This document shows, one piece after another, positions 17,294 through 26,138 of a DNA stretch of 33,951 bases (the first letter of the stretch is position 1; every line of letters starts with the position of its first letter). Source of the stretch: an uncultured Acidobacteriota bacterium (GTDB lineage: Bacteria > Acidobacteriota > HRBIN11 > JAKEFK01). The notes under the pieces were generated by a model. That model was not told the origin of the DNA. It worked only from the letters and a program-made list of their open reading frames with translations, and made no database searches. The stretch covers positions 1 through 33,951 of the forward strand of contig CAZDDB010000005.1 in NCBI GenBank assembly GCA_964504105.1. The letters run 5' to 3'. Position numbers and translations under genes: made by a program.

Positions 17294-18811
17294 CTGCGCT
17301 TCGCAATACGAACCATTCTAATTTTGTTTTTGTGCGTTTCGTGCCGCAAACCTGTTTCTCCTGCTTTTGTGTTGTCTTTTGATAGCACGCTGCAATCTTC
17401 CCTTGGGTCCGGGACTTTGCATCCGGCATCCGCGCAGTACAGCAGCTATCTCAAACGAAAGGCGTTGTACCTCGAAGCGGGAGAACGGCTGGAATATGAT
17501 GTTCGCACGCTGAAGCTCACGGAGGGAACTGCGGAATTCTGGATCAAGGTAGATTCGCTTCCGAAGGGTTCTTCCGTAACAGTACTGCAATTGCTGGCAG
17601 CCGAGAGTCGCCGGAAGCTGGAGATCGCAATCAAGCGGAAGGGGATTCAGGTGGTGTACAAAGGCAAAGTGTATCATTCGAGCTGGCAGATGCCGCGAAG
17701 AGACTGGTTGTTTGTGGCTGTTTCGTGGAACGATTCTGTTCACCTGTACTTCAATGGTGAAGAGGTTCGTCTGGATGGCGCGTCCTCCAGCCGGGTGGAG
17801 GAAAATGTACCGGCAGAGCGGCTTCGAATCGGTTTTCCACCGCTTCGGGAAAGCACAGATATTGCGGCTTATAAGCTGCGCGATGTTGCGCTGTACGATA
17901 GCGTGCAGGATGGAGACCGGATTCGTGCTGTCTACCGAAAAGGGAAGCCGGAAGAGAAGCTGGTTTGGCGCGCCGCGGACCTCAGGCATTTTGCAGGGAT
18001 CAAAGTTCGTGATGCGGAGGCCGCAGGTGGAGAAGCATGGACGTCAGATCCGCAGATGGCGCTGTTTGAAGGTTTGCATCTGCCGGGCGCCGGTGAATAC
18101 GAACTTCTCTGGCGGATCAAACCGCAGGGGAAAATTACCCCCGGTGTAATTCAATGTGAAGTTTGGTCGCAAGGAGCGAACGGTTCCAGACAAGTGCTCG
18201 GCAAGGTAAAGAATCAACCGGGCGAACTAGCTTCGATTGGCCAGTACCGTGATCTGTCGATAACCTTCCAGACTCAAAATGACGCAATCATCAGTTATGA
18301 GATGAGAAGTTTCATGCCGGTCCGGCATACGTTCTTGCTGGATACCGTCACGTTGCGGGCGCGCAATGGCGTGTGGCAGGATCGCCGGCGGGGCGAGGAT
18401 CTCAAACACACGCAAGGAGTATGGCAAAAAGATGTGGAGGCCGCAGGCGAAAAAGCCTGGGGCAATTCAAACACGCTGGCTTACGGCCCTTACACCTGCA
18501 TCGGAGCGCCGGGAAAGTATCGCGCCACATGGCGAGTGAAGCTTGGGCCTTCCGTTCCCCCTGCAACCACGGTCCTGCTTCTGGATGTCTACGCACACGA
18601 TGGTTTTGTGTCCCCAAACCGCAGGAGCCAAAAGAATTATGGGGCGCTTGCCCTCAATTCGGATCATCTTGCTCCAAACGTGTGGCAGCAAGCATCGATC
18701 GAGTTCGAATACGATGGCGCAGATTTGCTGGAGTTGCGCGCGTTTGCAAAAGACCTTCAGCGTGAATCGATTCTGCTGGATACTGTCACTGTGGAGCATT
18801 TGAATCCATGA
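17294..18811 (+). CDS. Putative lipoprotein: LamG/concanavalin-like domain plus two tandem CBM-like beta-sandwich repeats
   Basis: EGTAEFWIK and WLFVAVSW...LYFNGE are LamG-like. Internal repeats: DLRH..DAEAAGGEAW..GEY..W..LLDTVTL and DLKH..DVEAAGEKAW..YGPY..GKY..W..LLDTVTV. The frame is open back to a stop at 17276-17278; CTG 17294 gives a full signal peptide ending CVSC, while the ORF-track TTG 17324 does not. Confidence 0.7.
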   Translation: MRFAIRTILILFLCVSCRKPVSPAFVLSFDSTLQSSLGSGTLHPASAQYSSYLKRKALYLEAGERLEYDVRTLKLTEGTAEFWIKVDSLPKGSSVTVLQLLAAESRRKLEIAIKRKGIQVVYKGKVYHSSWQMPRRDWLFVAVSWNDSVHLYFNGEEVRLDGASSSRVEENVPAERLRIGFPPLRESTDIAAYKLRDVALYDSVQDGDRIRAVYRKGKPEEKLVWRAADLRHFAGIKVRDAEAAGGEAWTSDPQMALFEGLHLPGAGEYELLWRIKPQGKITPGVIQCEVWSQGANGSRQVLGKVKNQPGELASIGQYRDLSITFQTQNDAIISYEMRSFMPVRHTFLLDTVTLRARNGVWQDRRRGEDLKHTQGVWQKDVEAAGEKAWGNSNTLAYGPYTCIGAPGKYRATWRVKLGPSVPPATTVLLLDVYAHDGFVSPNRRSQKNYGALALNSDHLAPNVWQQASIEFEYDGADLLELRAFAKDLQRESILLDTVTVEHLNP

Positions 18812-18814
18812 AGT

Positions 18815-19825
18815 TCAGGTACCGAGTAGTTTGAGCGCATGGACCGCATGCGTAACGGCACAAAGTTCGTTTCCGATTCGAAGCCACTGCGACTGGATTG
18901 TATCGGCTGTGATGTAGCAGGCCGCATGAATCCACGGATGCGCGGGCACCAAAAACATGGACAACGGACTCAGCGCATCCAAACAATGCCCCGTTGGGTA
19001 CACGATTGCCCTGGCGCGCCGGAAACGGCGCGACACGATGTCCAGCAAAGATTCGCGCCACTCCTTCAAAGTGCGTGGGTATTTTTTCTCTTTGAACCAG
19101 CACCGGGGGATCGAGCCGTCATCCTTCTGGTTTTTTCCCATCAAATTGGCTGCATGCGCCACATAGTCATGCGCTTCCAGCCAGACTCCTTCCAACTGAT
19201 TCGGTTTGCATGCCCGTTCCAGACAATATCGAGAAACGGCAAAAGCGATTCCTTCGATCACGTGAGTTCCAAAACAGGAGCCGGCGCCAAAAGGCAATTT
19301 GCAGGCAGCTCGCAGGATCCGCTCCACATTCCAAATTTCTCCACGTTCATTGGTCCATTCGCCGGTTACACCAGGATGGAGGGAAAAGAGCATTAACGAC
19401 CAGCCTGGTTCTTCCACGGAATCAGAATGAGTCTTCATGGCAACATCTGCCAGATCCGCCAGAGTAAACTCTCTCCCCTGCTCGGTCGTCACCGGCGTCC
19501 CGAAAAAAATTCCGGACGCTGCAAGCATTCCCAGAAATTCATTCTGATGCTCGTTAGCAGGAAAATCCTTCACACCCCGGGAAAAATAGGGACGTCCTTT
19601 CTCATCATCTTTGATGATGCCGCCGGAAACAGGATAGTGAGAGATCTTCCGCGTCTCCCGGCAGAGAAACTGTAACGCCGGCTGGTGGCCACCTGTGGAC
19701 ACGTTAAATAAGGACTGCGAGACGCCCCCCGCCAGAATCATGTGGAGAATCTGTTCGGGAGAGTGCTCGCTATCCAGTTGAATGTGGCGAATCTGTCCGA
19801 TCGCATCTTCGACTGTGTTGATCAT
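18815..19825 (-). CDS. Hypothetical protein, probably alpha-helical (possible alpha/alpha-barrel enzyme)
   Basis: 336-aa ORF starting 7 nt after the upstream small gene. Motifs EHQNEFLGML, GWSL, WTNERGEIW, SCFGTH, NQKDDGS and TGHCLD. Confidence 0.75.
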   Translation of the reverse strand: MINTVEDAIGQIRHIQLDSEHSPEQILHMILAGGVSQSLFNVSTGGHQPALQFLCRETRKISHYPVSGGIIKDDEKGRPYFSRGVKDFPANEHQNEFLGMLAASGIFFGTPVTTEQGREFTLADLADVAMKTHSDSVEEPGWSLMLFSLHPGVTGEWTNERGEIWNVERILRAACKLPFGAGSCFGTHVIEGIAFAVSRYCLERACKPNQLEGVWLEAHDYVAHAANLMGKNQKDDGSIPRCWFKEKKYPRTLKEWRESLLDIVSRRFRRARAIVYPTGHCLDALSPLSMFLVPAHPWIHAACYITADTIQSQWLRIGNELCAVTHAVHALKLLGT

Positions 19826-19832
19826 GAATTAT

Positions 19833-20021
19833 TCAAAAGATGGCATCAATCGTAAAACCATCCGCGCTGTTAAATCGTATCTGGAAGGAAGTTCCACTGT
19901 CTTCATCCGCAAGCACGGATTCACCCGTCTCCTTCATCCGTTCTTCCAGCGCTTCACGGATCTGCTCTTCTTTCATACTGCTGATACTTCGTATGTAATC
20001 AAAAGCCTCTTCGTAGGTCAT
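19833..20021 (-). CDS. Small acidic hypothetical protein (62 aa)
   Basis: Strong SD (GGAGAGGT) before the ATG, protein-like composition, and tight spacing to the downstream CDS. Confidence 0.7.
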   Translation of the reverse strand: MTYEEAFDYIRSISSMKEEQIREALEERMKETGESVLADEDSGTSFQIRFNSADGFTIDAIF

Positions 20022-20074
20022 CGTCGCACCTCTCCATATCTTAACGTAAATTCGATCACGTACTGTCGGATCGC

Positions 20075-20140
20075 GACGCTTGGCGGCAAATCTAAATAAA
20101 CAGGTCTTGTCTGAATGATCGCAGCTTGCACTTTCGGCAT
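20075..20140 (-). pseudogene. 5' stub of a nitrilase / carbon-nitrogen hydrolase gene
   Basis: MPKVQAAIIQTRPVYLDL resembles the first strand of branch-1 nitrilases (K-V-A-x-x-Q-x-x-P-V-x-L-D). It is preceded by GGAG; similarity then ends and the frame closes at 20018. Confidence 0.55.
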
Positions 20141-20205
20141 TGTTTTATTTTTTCTCCGCGCTACAAACGTTGAGTTTCTTTTCAGTTTTATTGTATACCA
20201 GGGTG

Positions 20206-20230
20206 GTAGAGGCGATCCTTGTGGTCGCAC
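20206..20230 (+). repeat. Family B REP-like element
   Basis: GTAGAGGCGATCCTTGTGGTCGCAC; same core as 11385-11409 and the reverse complement of 30404-30428. Confidence 0.75.
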
Positions 20231-20276
20231 TCACAAACCCGCCCTCCGAGATTGAGGTAGTGCACCCAAATCGGCA

Positions 20277-20298
20277 GCCGGTGAGACGCCGGCGGTAC
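20277..20298 (+). repeat. Family C REP-like hairpin
   Basis: GCCGGT-GAGAC-GCCGGC-GGTAC. Confidence 0.6.
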
Positions 20299-20324
20299 AA
20301 AACGGTATAATCAGACGGCTAAGT

Positions 20325-21671
20325 ATGAGCGACCCTGAACTCGATCATCTCTCTACATCCGAACTAATCTCCCGTCTCAACTACGGCACGTGGCGTTATC
20401 AGCGGAACTGGAAGCCGCTTCACATTGTGGATGCGGACGGGTGCTACTTCACGGATGCGAGCGGTAAAAAATATCTTGATTTTACGGCACAGTTGATGTG
20501 TTCGACGCTCGGACATAAGAACCAGGCAGTGATCCGCGCCATCCAGGAACAGGCTGCAAAACTTGCGTACATGGCGCCGGGATTTGCAACAGATGTGAGG
20601 GCAGAGCTGAGCAGACAATTACTGGAAGTGCTTCCACGCGGATTGGAAAAATTCTTTTTTACCACGTCCGGAACCGAAGCAAATGAAGCGGCGTTCAAGA
20701 TCGCGCGGATGGTAACCGGAAAGTCCAAGATTATTGCGCGATATCGTTCGTATCATGGATCAACCACGGGATCGATTTCTGCAACCGGTGATCCAAGACG
20801 CTGGGCGATTGAACCTTCCGGAAAACTGCCGGGGGTGATCCATGCGCCGGAAGTATATTGCTATCGCTGTCCGCTGAAACTCAAATATCCCGATTGCGCC
20901 GTGGCATGCGTGGAATACATCGATCACATGATCGAGCACGAAAGCAATGTGGCCGCCGTCGTGGTAGAACCGATTGCGGGAACCAACGGAATTCTGGTCC
21001 CGCCGAAGGAATACATGCCGCGTCTCCGCCAAATTTGCGATCGCCACGGAGCGCTCCTGATTGTGGATGAAGTCATGAGCGGATGGGGACGCACCGGCAA
21101 GTGGTTCGCCGTCGATCACTGGAACGTGCAGCCGGATATCCTTACGACCGCCAAAGGGATCACCTCCGGATACATTCCGCTTGGACTGTGCGCCACGACA
21201 AAGAAGATCGCTGACTATTTCAATGATCACTACTTTGCGCACGGCCACACCTATGAAGCGCACACCCTCACGCTCGCGGCAGCGGTCGCCGCGATCAAAG
21301 AGTACGGAAGGCTCGATCTGATCCGGCGCACACACGAAATGGGCGAGCACATGGGCGCGCGTCTGCAATCCCTGAAAGAAAAACACCCTTCGGTAGGAGA
21401 AGTTCGCGGACTCGGATTGTTCTGGACTGTGGATCTCACGCAAAACCAGCAGACCCGCGAGCCGTTCAACACCTACACAGACAAAATGGAGAACAAGCCG
21501 CTGGTCGTAGACAAAATTGCAGCAGAGATGATGAAGAACGGAGTGTATCTCGTTTCGTGGGTCAATCACTTTATCATTGCGCCGCCTTTGATCATCACAA
21601 AGGAAGAAATCGATCAAGGCATCAAAGCGCTGGATGAGGCGTTGAAAATTGCAGATGAACAACTACATTAA
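20325..21671 (+). CDS. Class III (omega-amino acid) PLP aminotransferase
   Basis: YLDF, SGTEANE, YHGST, EPIAGTNG, DEVMSGWGRTG, TAKGITSGYIPLG, HGHTY. TATAAT at 20306-20311. Confidence 0.93.
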   Translation: MSDPELDHLSTSELISRLNYGTWRYQRNWKPLHIVDADGCYFTDASGKKYLDFTAQLMCSTLGHKNQAVIRAIQEQAAKLAYMAPGFATDVRAELSRQLLEVLPRGLEKFFFTTSGTEANEAAFKIARMVTGKSKIIARYRSYHGSTTGSISATGDPRRWAIEPSGKLPGVIHAPEVYCYRCPLKLKYPDCAVACVEYIDHMIEHESNVAAVVVEPIAGTNGILVPPKEYMPRLRQICDRHGALLIVDEVMSGWGRTGKWFAVDHWNVQPDILTTAKGITSGYIPLGLCATTKKIADYFNDHYFAHGHTYEAHTLTLAAAVAAIKEYGRLDLIRRTHEMGEHMGARLQSLKEKHPSVGEVRGLGLFWTVDLTQNQQTREPFNTYTDKMENKPLVVDKIAAEMMKNGVYLVSWVNHFIIAPPLIITKEEIDQGIKALDEALKIADEQLH

Positions 21672-23124
21672 CGGCAAGTGGGTGTCGTCCCGCAGCAGTG
21701 AATCGATTCCAAACATCAATCCCGCAGACACCGATGAGGTTCTGGGACAGACTCCTCTTTCGACCAGGGAAGAAGCACGGCAGGCGATCTCGGCAGCGAA
21801 GGAAGCGTTCCCGAAATGGAAGTCTACTCCAGCTCCTGTTCGCGGCAAGCTGTTGTTTAAAGCCGCAGACTTGCTGCAACAGCGCCTGGAAGAAGTGGCC
21901 ACTCTTCTCACAAAAGAAGAAGGAAAAATCCTGCGTGATTCACGGGGCGAAGTGCAGCGCGCCGTTAACATCATGGAGTTTACGGCCGGCGAAGGAAGAC
22001 GCCTGCGCGGCGCTACGATTCCGTCCGAGCTTCCACGCACGTTTGTGTACACCATTCGTCAGCCGGTAGGCGTTGCCGGACTCATCACTCCGTGGAATTT
22101 TCCCGTTGCCATTCCGGTGTGGAAGATCGCTCCCGCGTTGGTTGCTGGAAACACAGTCGTGTTGAAGCCGTCAGAACTAACGCCACTCACCGCCATCAAA
22201 ATTGTGGAGATTTTAGAAGAGGCAGGGTTTCCAGCCGGCGTAATCAACCTGGTGCTGGGAAGCGGAAGTACAGTCGGTGAAGAAATCGTAAACCATCCGG
22301 ATGTGGATGCGCTGTCCTTCACGGGCTCCAACGATGTGGGGTGCGCACTCTACGAAAAAGGCTCGCGCCGCGGAATCCGTGTGCAATGCGAGATGGGTGG
22401 CAAGAATCCTGTGGTTGTGTTGAGCGATGCGGATCTGGATCTCGCTGTCGAAGGCGCGGCCCAGGGCGGATTTGGCTCCACCGGTCAGCGTTGCACTGCG
22501 TCGAGCCGTGTGATCGTGGAAGAATCCATTGCGACTCGATTCACCGAAATGCTCCTTGCGCGCATGGAGCGCATCCGTACAGGAAACGGATTGGATCCGG
22601 AAATCGATATGGGGCCTTGCGTGGAAGAAAAACAAATGAATAAAGTTCTCCGCTACATCGAAATTGGAAAAACCGAAGGAGCACGGCTGCTTCGCGGAGG
22701 AAAACGTCTCACAGGCAGCGTTTACGACAAAGGTTTTTTTGTTGAACCTACGCTCTTTGACGACGTTTCGGCGGGTATGCGGATTGCGCAGGAAGAAATT
22801 TTCGGACCGGTCGTCGGTTTGTTGCGCGCCAAAGATTTTGAGGAAGCGGTCCAAATGGCGAACAATGTGAAGTTCGGCCTCTGCTCTTCCCTCTATTCTC
22901 AGGACATGTCCAGAATTCTGCGCTTTACCGAAATGGCAGAAGCCGGAAAAGTTCACATCAACTCGCCCACCATCGGCGGTGAGGCCCAGGCGCCGTTTGG
23001 CGGGACAAAGGCTACAGGAATCGGTCCACGCGAACAGGGAACCGAAGTATTTGAGTTCTACACGGAAGTCAAAACCGTTTACATGGACTACACGGGGCAA
23101 AAGCGGCAGACCAGCATCTATTAG
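21655..23124 (+). CDS. NAD(P)-dependent aldehyde dehydrogenase
   Basis: ITPWNFP, KPSE, FTGS, EMGGKN (catalytic Glu), GQRCTA (catalytic Cys), EEIFGP, PFGG. Overlaps the aminotransferase 3' end by 17 nt. Confidence 0.95.
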   Translation: MNNYINGKWVSSRSSESIPNINPADTDEVLGQTPLSTREEARQAISAAKEAFPKWKSTPAPVRGKLLFKAADLLQQRLEEVATLLTKEEGKILRDSRGEVQRAVNIMEFTAGEGRRLRGATIPSELPRTFVYTIRQPVGVAGLITPWNFPVAIPVWKIAPALVAGNTVVLKPSELTPLTAIKIVEILEEAGFPAGVINLVLGSGSTVGEEIVNHPDVDALSFTGSNDVGCALYEKGSRRGIRVQCEMGGKNPVVVLSDADLDLAVEGAAQGGFGSTGQRCTASSRVIVEESIATRFTEMLLARMERIRTGNGLDPEIDMGPCVEEKQMNKVLRYIEIGKTEGARLLRGGKRLTGSVYDKGFFVEPTLFDDVSAGMRIAQEEIFGPVVGLLRAKDFEEAVQMANNVKFGLCSSLYSQDMSRILRFTEMAEAGKVHINSPTIGGEAQAPFGGTKATGIGPREQGTEVFEFYTEVKTVYMDYTGQKRQTSIY

Positions 23125-23150
23125 CGTCGTTGCGTCATTGCGTGGTCACG
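23122..23150. repeat. Family D short tandem units between convergent genes
   Basis: TAGCGTCGT-TGCGTCAT-TGCGTGGT. Confidence 0.6.
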
Positions 23151-23152
23151 GG

Positions 23153-26068
23153 TCACTTTTTCTTTTTCTGGATTTCTTCCAAACGCTTGATTGCTTGCTG
23201 GTCACGCGGATTGCGGTCGAGGACCGCCTCATAGCGGGAGCGAGCCAGCGCGAAATTACCGGTCAGAAAATAAAGTTCGGCGATATCGCGCTCCGTCGCG
23301 AGATTACCGGGATCGATTTCGAGCGCTTGTTTGAAGGCAGCCATCGCTTCGTGACGAAACGCGGGATGGGTAGCAAGCGCTTCTCCCATAAGCCGGTAAA
23401 TTCTGAGTTCCTTGCGGTACGTAAGCGCCTTTCTACAGTACTCCACCGCGGCCCAATAGTTTTTGTCTGCTGAGCTTTTCACGGCGCACTGATAGTAGAA
23501 CAGTCCTAGATCTTCTCGAGGCCGCGCCGCCTGCACCGGTTCGGCAGCTTCCTGAGGAACAGGATCGCGCGGCGGGCTTTCCGGCAACTGCGGCTGAGGA
23601 GGTGGTGGCGGTGTCGGAGCAGGTGGCGGTGGCGGCTCCGGAGGTCTTAAAGGAGGAGGCGCCGGTTTTAGCGTCTTTCGCGGTGGCGCTTTTTGGATGG
23701 ACACCGGATGGATGTCCACAATGCCGACGCAAACGAACAGATAGATCAGGCGGAAAAATTCCTCTTCCGAGATTCCGGAAAGATCAAACAATTCGCGAAA
23801 CAGGATGCTCTTTTCGAACCGGAACAGCATAAACGCATCAGCGGGCACAATTTTGATATGCGAGAGCAGTGTCTGGAAATCGGGATTCAGATCGATGCGG
23901 CACAGGCCACCCAAGAAACGGCGCTGGATGGTTCCGTAATCCACCCAGCTTTTCACTCCGCGTGTTAACGCTTCCCCTGCGGAAATCCGGAGCGCCCCCT
24001 GTGCCGAAAATTCTCCTTCTTCAAAAATAAACTCCCCGACTACCCAGGAAAACAGACCCTGCAAGATGCGCGAGGCCAGTTCCATCAGTTCTCCGGATAA
24101 CTTCTTTCTGACTTCAGGATTGACTTCCTGCATCGCAGAAGAGTAGCCAAGAAACAAATCTGAAGAGTCTCCCTTGATTCTTCTTGCTCTTTGCCCGGTC
24201 AACTGATGCTGTTGAAGCAGGAGGTCGAGAAAACTTTCCCCTTCCTGGTTGGATAAAACAGCAATGATGTTTCCCGATTTGAAGTGGATTGTCTTGTGCA
24301 GATCGATCCAGCTCAGAGTGAGTTTTCCAGATAGGTTCTTCTTGGCAATCTCTCCCAGCACCTCACCAAAGGGACGGTCATACAGCAAACCGCGCATGTA
24401 GACTGAAGATCCCTGAGGCGTCACTGGAACCTCAACGATCACATCCTTTTGCTGCATTGCCCTGCGTGCCAGCTCCAGCTCTTCGATCAGTTCGGAGTAG
24501 CTGCTTTGCCGTTTCGCCGGATCGATCGACGTCATTCTGGCTGCGATGTCATACAGCTGTTGCGGGACAGCCTGATCGAGACTCTCGCGGGTGGGTAATT
24601 CGTCATGGAGACGGCTGCGAAAAATTTCAGGAAGGGTTTTTCCGGAGTACGGCACAAACCCGTAGAGCATCTCAAAGAAGGTAATCCCAAGCGAATAGAC
24701 ATCCGAGCGGAAGTCCGCTAATCCACCCTGAATTTGCTCCGGCGCAATATAGAGCGGGGTTCCTACAATATCGGTAGTAATGCGCTCAAGCTCACGGCTG
24801 GTGCGGGCCAGTCCGAAGTCCACAATTTTGACGCGATCCCCTTCCGCAAGCATCAGGTTGGAAGGCTTGATATCCAGATGCACAATCCCTTTTTCAAGCG
24901 CCTTATTCAAGCCGATCGCCACCTGCATGGTGTAGGACAACGCGGCTTCCGGATCAAAAAACCTCTTTTGCTGCAGCATATTTTCGAGCGATCCTCCCGC
25001 CATATACTCCATGCAAAAGTAAGGAAGCCCCTCCAGGGTTCCGAAATAATAGATCAGCGCGATATTTGGATGAGTAATGCTGGCAAGCAGCTTTGCCTCG
25101 CGGTGAAATCGTTCGAAATAATCCTTATCCGAGACACGGCCGGTACTGAGAATTTTGATCGCCACAAACCGTTCGAGCTGCTCATCGAAACCCTGGTACA
25201 CGCGCCCCATCGACCCGGCGCCCAAAAGAGTGATAATGCGATAGGGACCGATCCGCAAGGGCATTTCTTCCATGACCGAGGGCTCACCCTCGCGGTCACG
25301 GCTGCGAAAAGGATCTTCCGAAGATTCCACAAGGTCGGCCTGTCGCAACACTCCGTAGATTCCGTTTTCTTCCAGACTACAGTTGATAAGGAAATCCTGC
25401 TCCACACCGCTTTTCGCTTTGAGCCAGATCAGTCCCCGAAAACCGGTCTGGGATTCGACTGCCGAGACATAGTCTTCAAAACGCTTGCGGCTTTCCAAAC
25501 CGACGATGAGATCAACAAACGATTTTGCGACAATTTCCTTCTGATCAAAACCGAGAATATCGGTAATGACTCTGTTCGCATAAAGGATCCTTCCCGATTT
25601 GGATAGTTTGAAAACGATGTCGGGAAGATTCTCATCCATGGCAATCTGTTCGGCACGGCCGAGCGGCGGAAGGGAAAATTCCCGGTGCTCGGCAATCCGG
25701 ATCAACGCCTTCTTCGCAGCCAGAACCAGATTGGGCACATAGTTCTTGTCTTTTGAAACACAATCGTTGGCGCCAGCCATCATAAAATCATTAACCTGCG
25801 AACGCGCCGCATCAGGAAGAGAGACAATCAAGTACACCGAAGGATGATCCCGCCGGATTTCGGCGATCACTTCACGGCCGTTTCTGCCGAACAGGCCGTG
25901 CGCAAATAACACCAGGTCCGGCGTAAGTTCAGGAATCTTCATCAGAGCTTCTTCGCCGGACAGTGATATTTCAAGCTGGCATTCTTTGATTTCAGAAAGG
26001 AGAAGCGAGATCACCGAGATGGTGTCCGGCTCCTGCTCTACCAGCAGTACGCGAACGTATGGGTCCAT
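23153..26068 (-). CDS. Multidomain Ser/Thr kinase: pseudo-receiver - PAS - kinase - DUF4388-like - Pro-rich - TPR
   Basis: REC fold (VLLVE..PDLVLFA..AGANDCVSK); PAS (GRILYAN..ILGF); intact kinase motifs GAGSMG, VAIK, HLDIKPSN, DFG, APE; DUF4388/PatA-N-like SGKLTL..IHFKSGNII..GEFIFEEG; C-terminal TPRs. SD GAGGGGGG. Confidence 0.9.
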   Translation of the reverse strand: MDPYVRVLLVEQEPDTISVISLLLSEIKECQLEISLSGEEALMKIPELTPDLVLFAHGLFGRNGREVIAEIRRDHPSVYLIVSLPDAARSQVNDFMMAGANDCVSKDKNYVPNLVLAAKKALIRIAEHREFSLPPLGRAEQIAMDENLPDIVFKLSKSGRILYANRVITDILGFDQKEIVAKSFVDLIVGLESRKRFEDYVSAVESQTGFRGLIWLKAKSGVEQDFLINCSLEENGIYGVLRQADLVESSEDPFRSRDREGEPSVMEEMPLRIGPYRIITLLGAGSMGRVYQGFDEQLERFVAIKILSTGRVSDKDYFERFHREAKLLASITHPNIALIYYFGTLEGLPYFCMEYMAGGSLENMLQQKRFFDPEAALSYTMQVAIGLNKALEKGIVHLDIKPSNLMLAEGDRVKIVDFGLARTSRELERITTDIVGTPLYIAPEQIQGGLADFRSDVYSLGITFFEMLYGFVPYSGKTLPEIFRSRLHDELPTRESLDQAVPQQLYDIAARMTSIDPAKRQSSYSELIEELELARRAMQQKDVIVEVPVTPQGSSVYMRGLLYDRPFGEVLGEIAKKNLSGKLTLSWIDLHKTIHFKSGNIIAVLSNQEGESFLDLLLQQHQLTGQRARRIKGDSSDLFLGYSSAMQEVNPEVRKKLSGELMELASRILQGLFSWVVGEFIFEEGEFSAQGALRISAGEALTRGVKSWVDYGTIQRRFLGGLCRIDLNPDFQTLLSHIKIVPADAFMLFRFEKSILFRELFDLSGISEEEFFRLIYLFVCVGIVDIHPVSIQKAPPRKTLKPAPPPLRPPEPPPPPAPTPPPPPQPQLPESPPRDPVPQEAAEPVQAARPREDLGLFYYQCAVKSSADKNYWAAVEYCRKALTYRKELRIYRLMGEALATHPAFRHEAMAAFKQALEIDPGNLATERDIAELYFLTGNFALARSRYEAVLDRNPRDQQAIKRLEEIQKKKK

Positions 26069-26138
26069 TGGATTGAGCCCCCCTCATGAGTGTTCATGAT
26101 AGCTTAACCTCATTTGCCGGGTGCACGTCAATAGGTTC

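Noticed and set aside
23560-23690. GC-rich GGN repeats
   Set aside because: Explained by the poly-proline linker of the minus-strand kinase.
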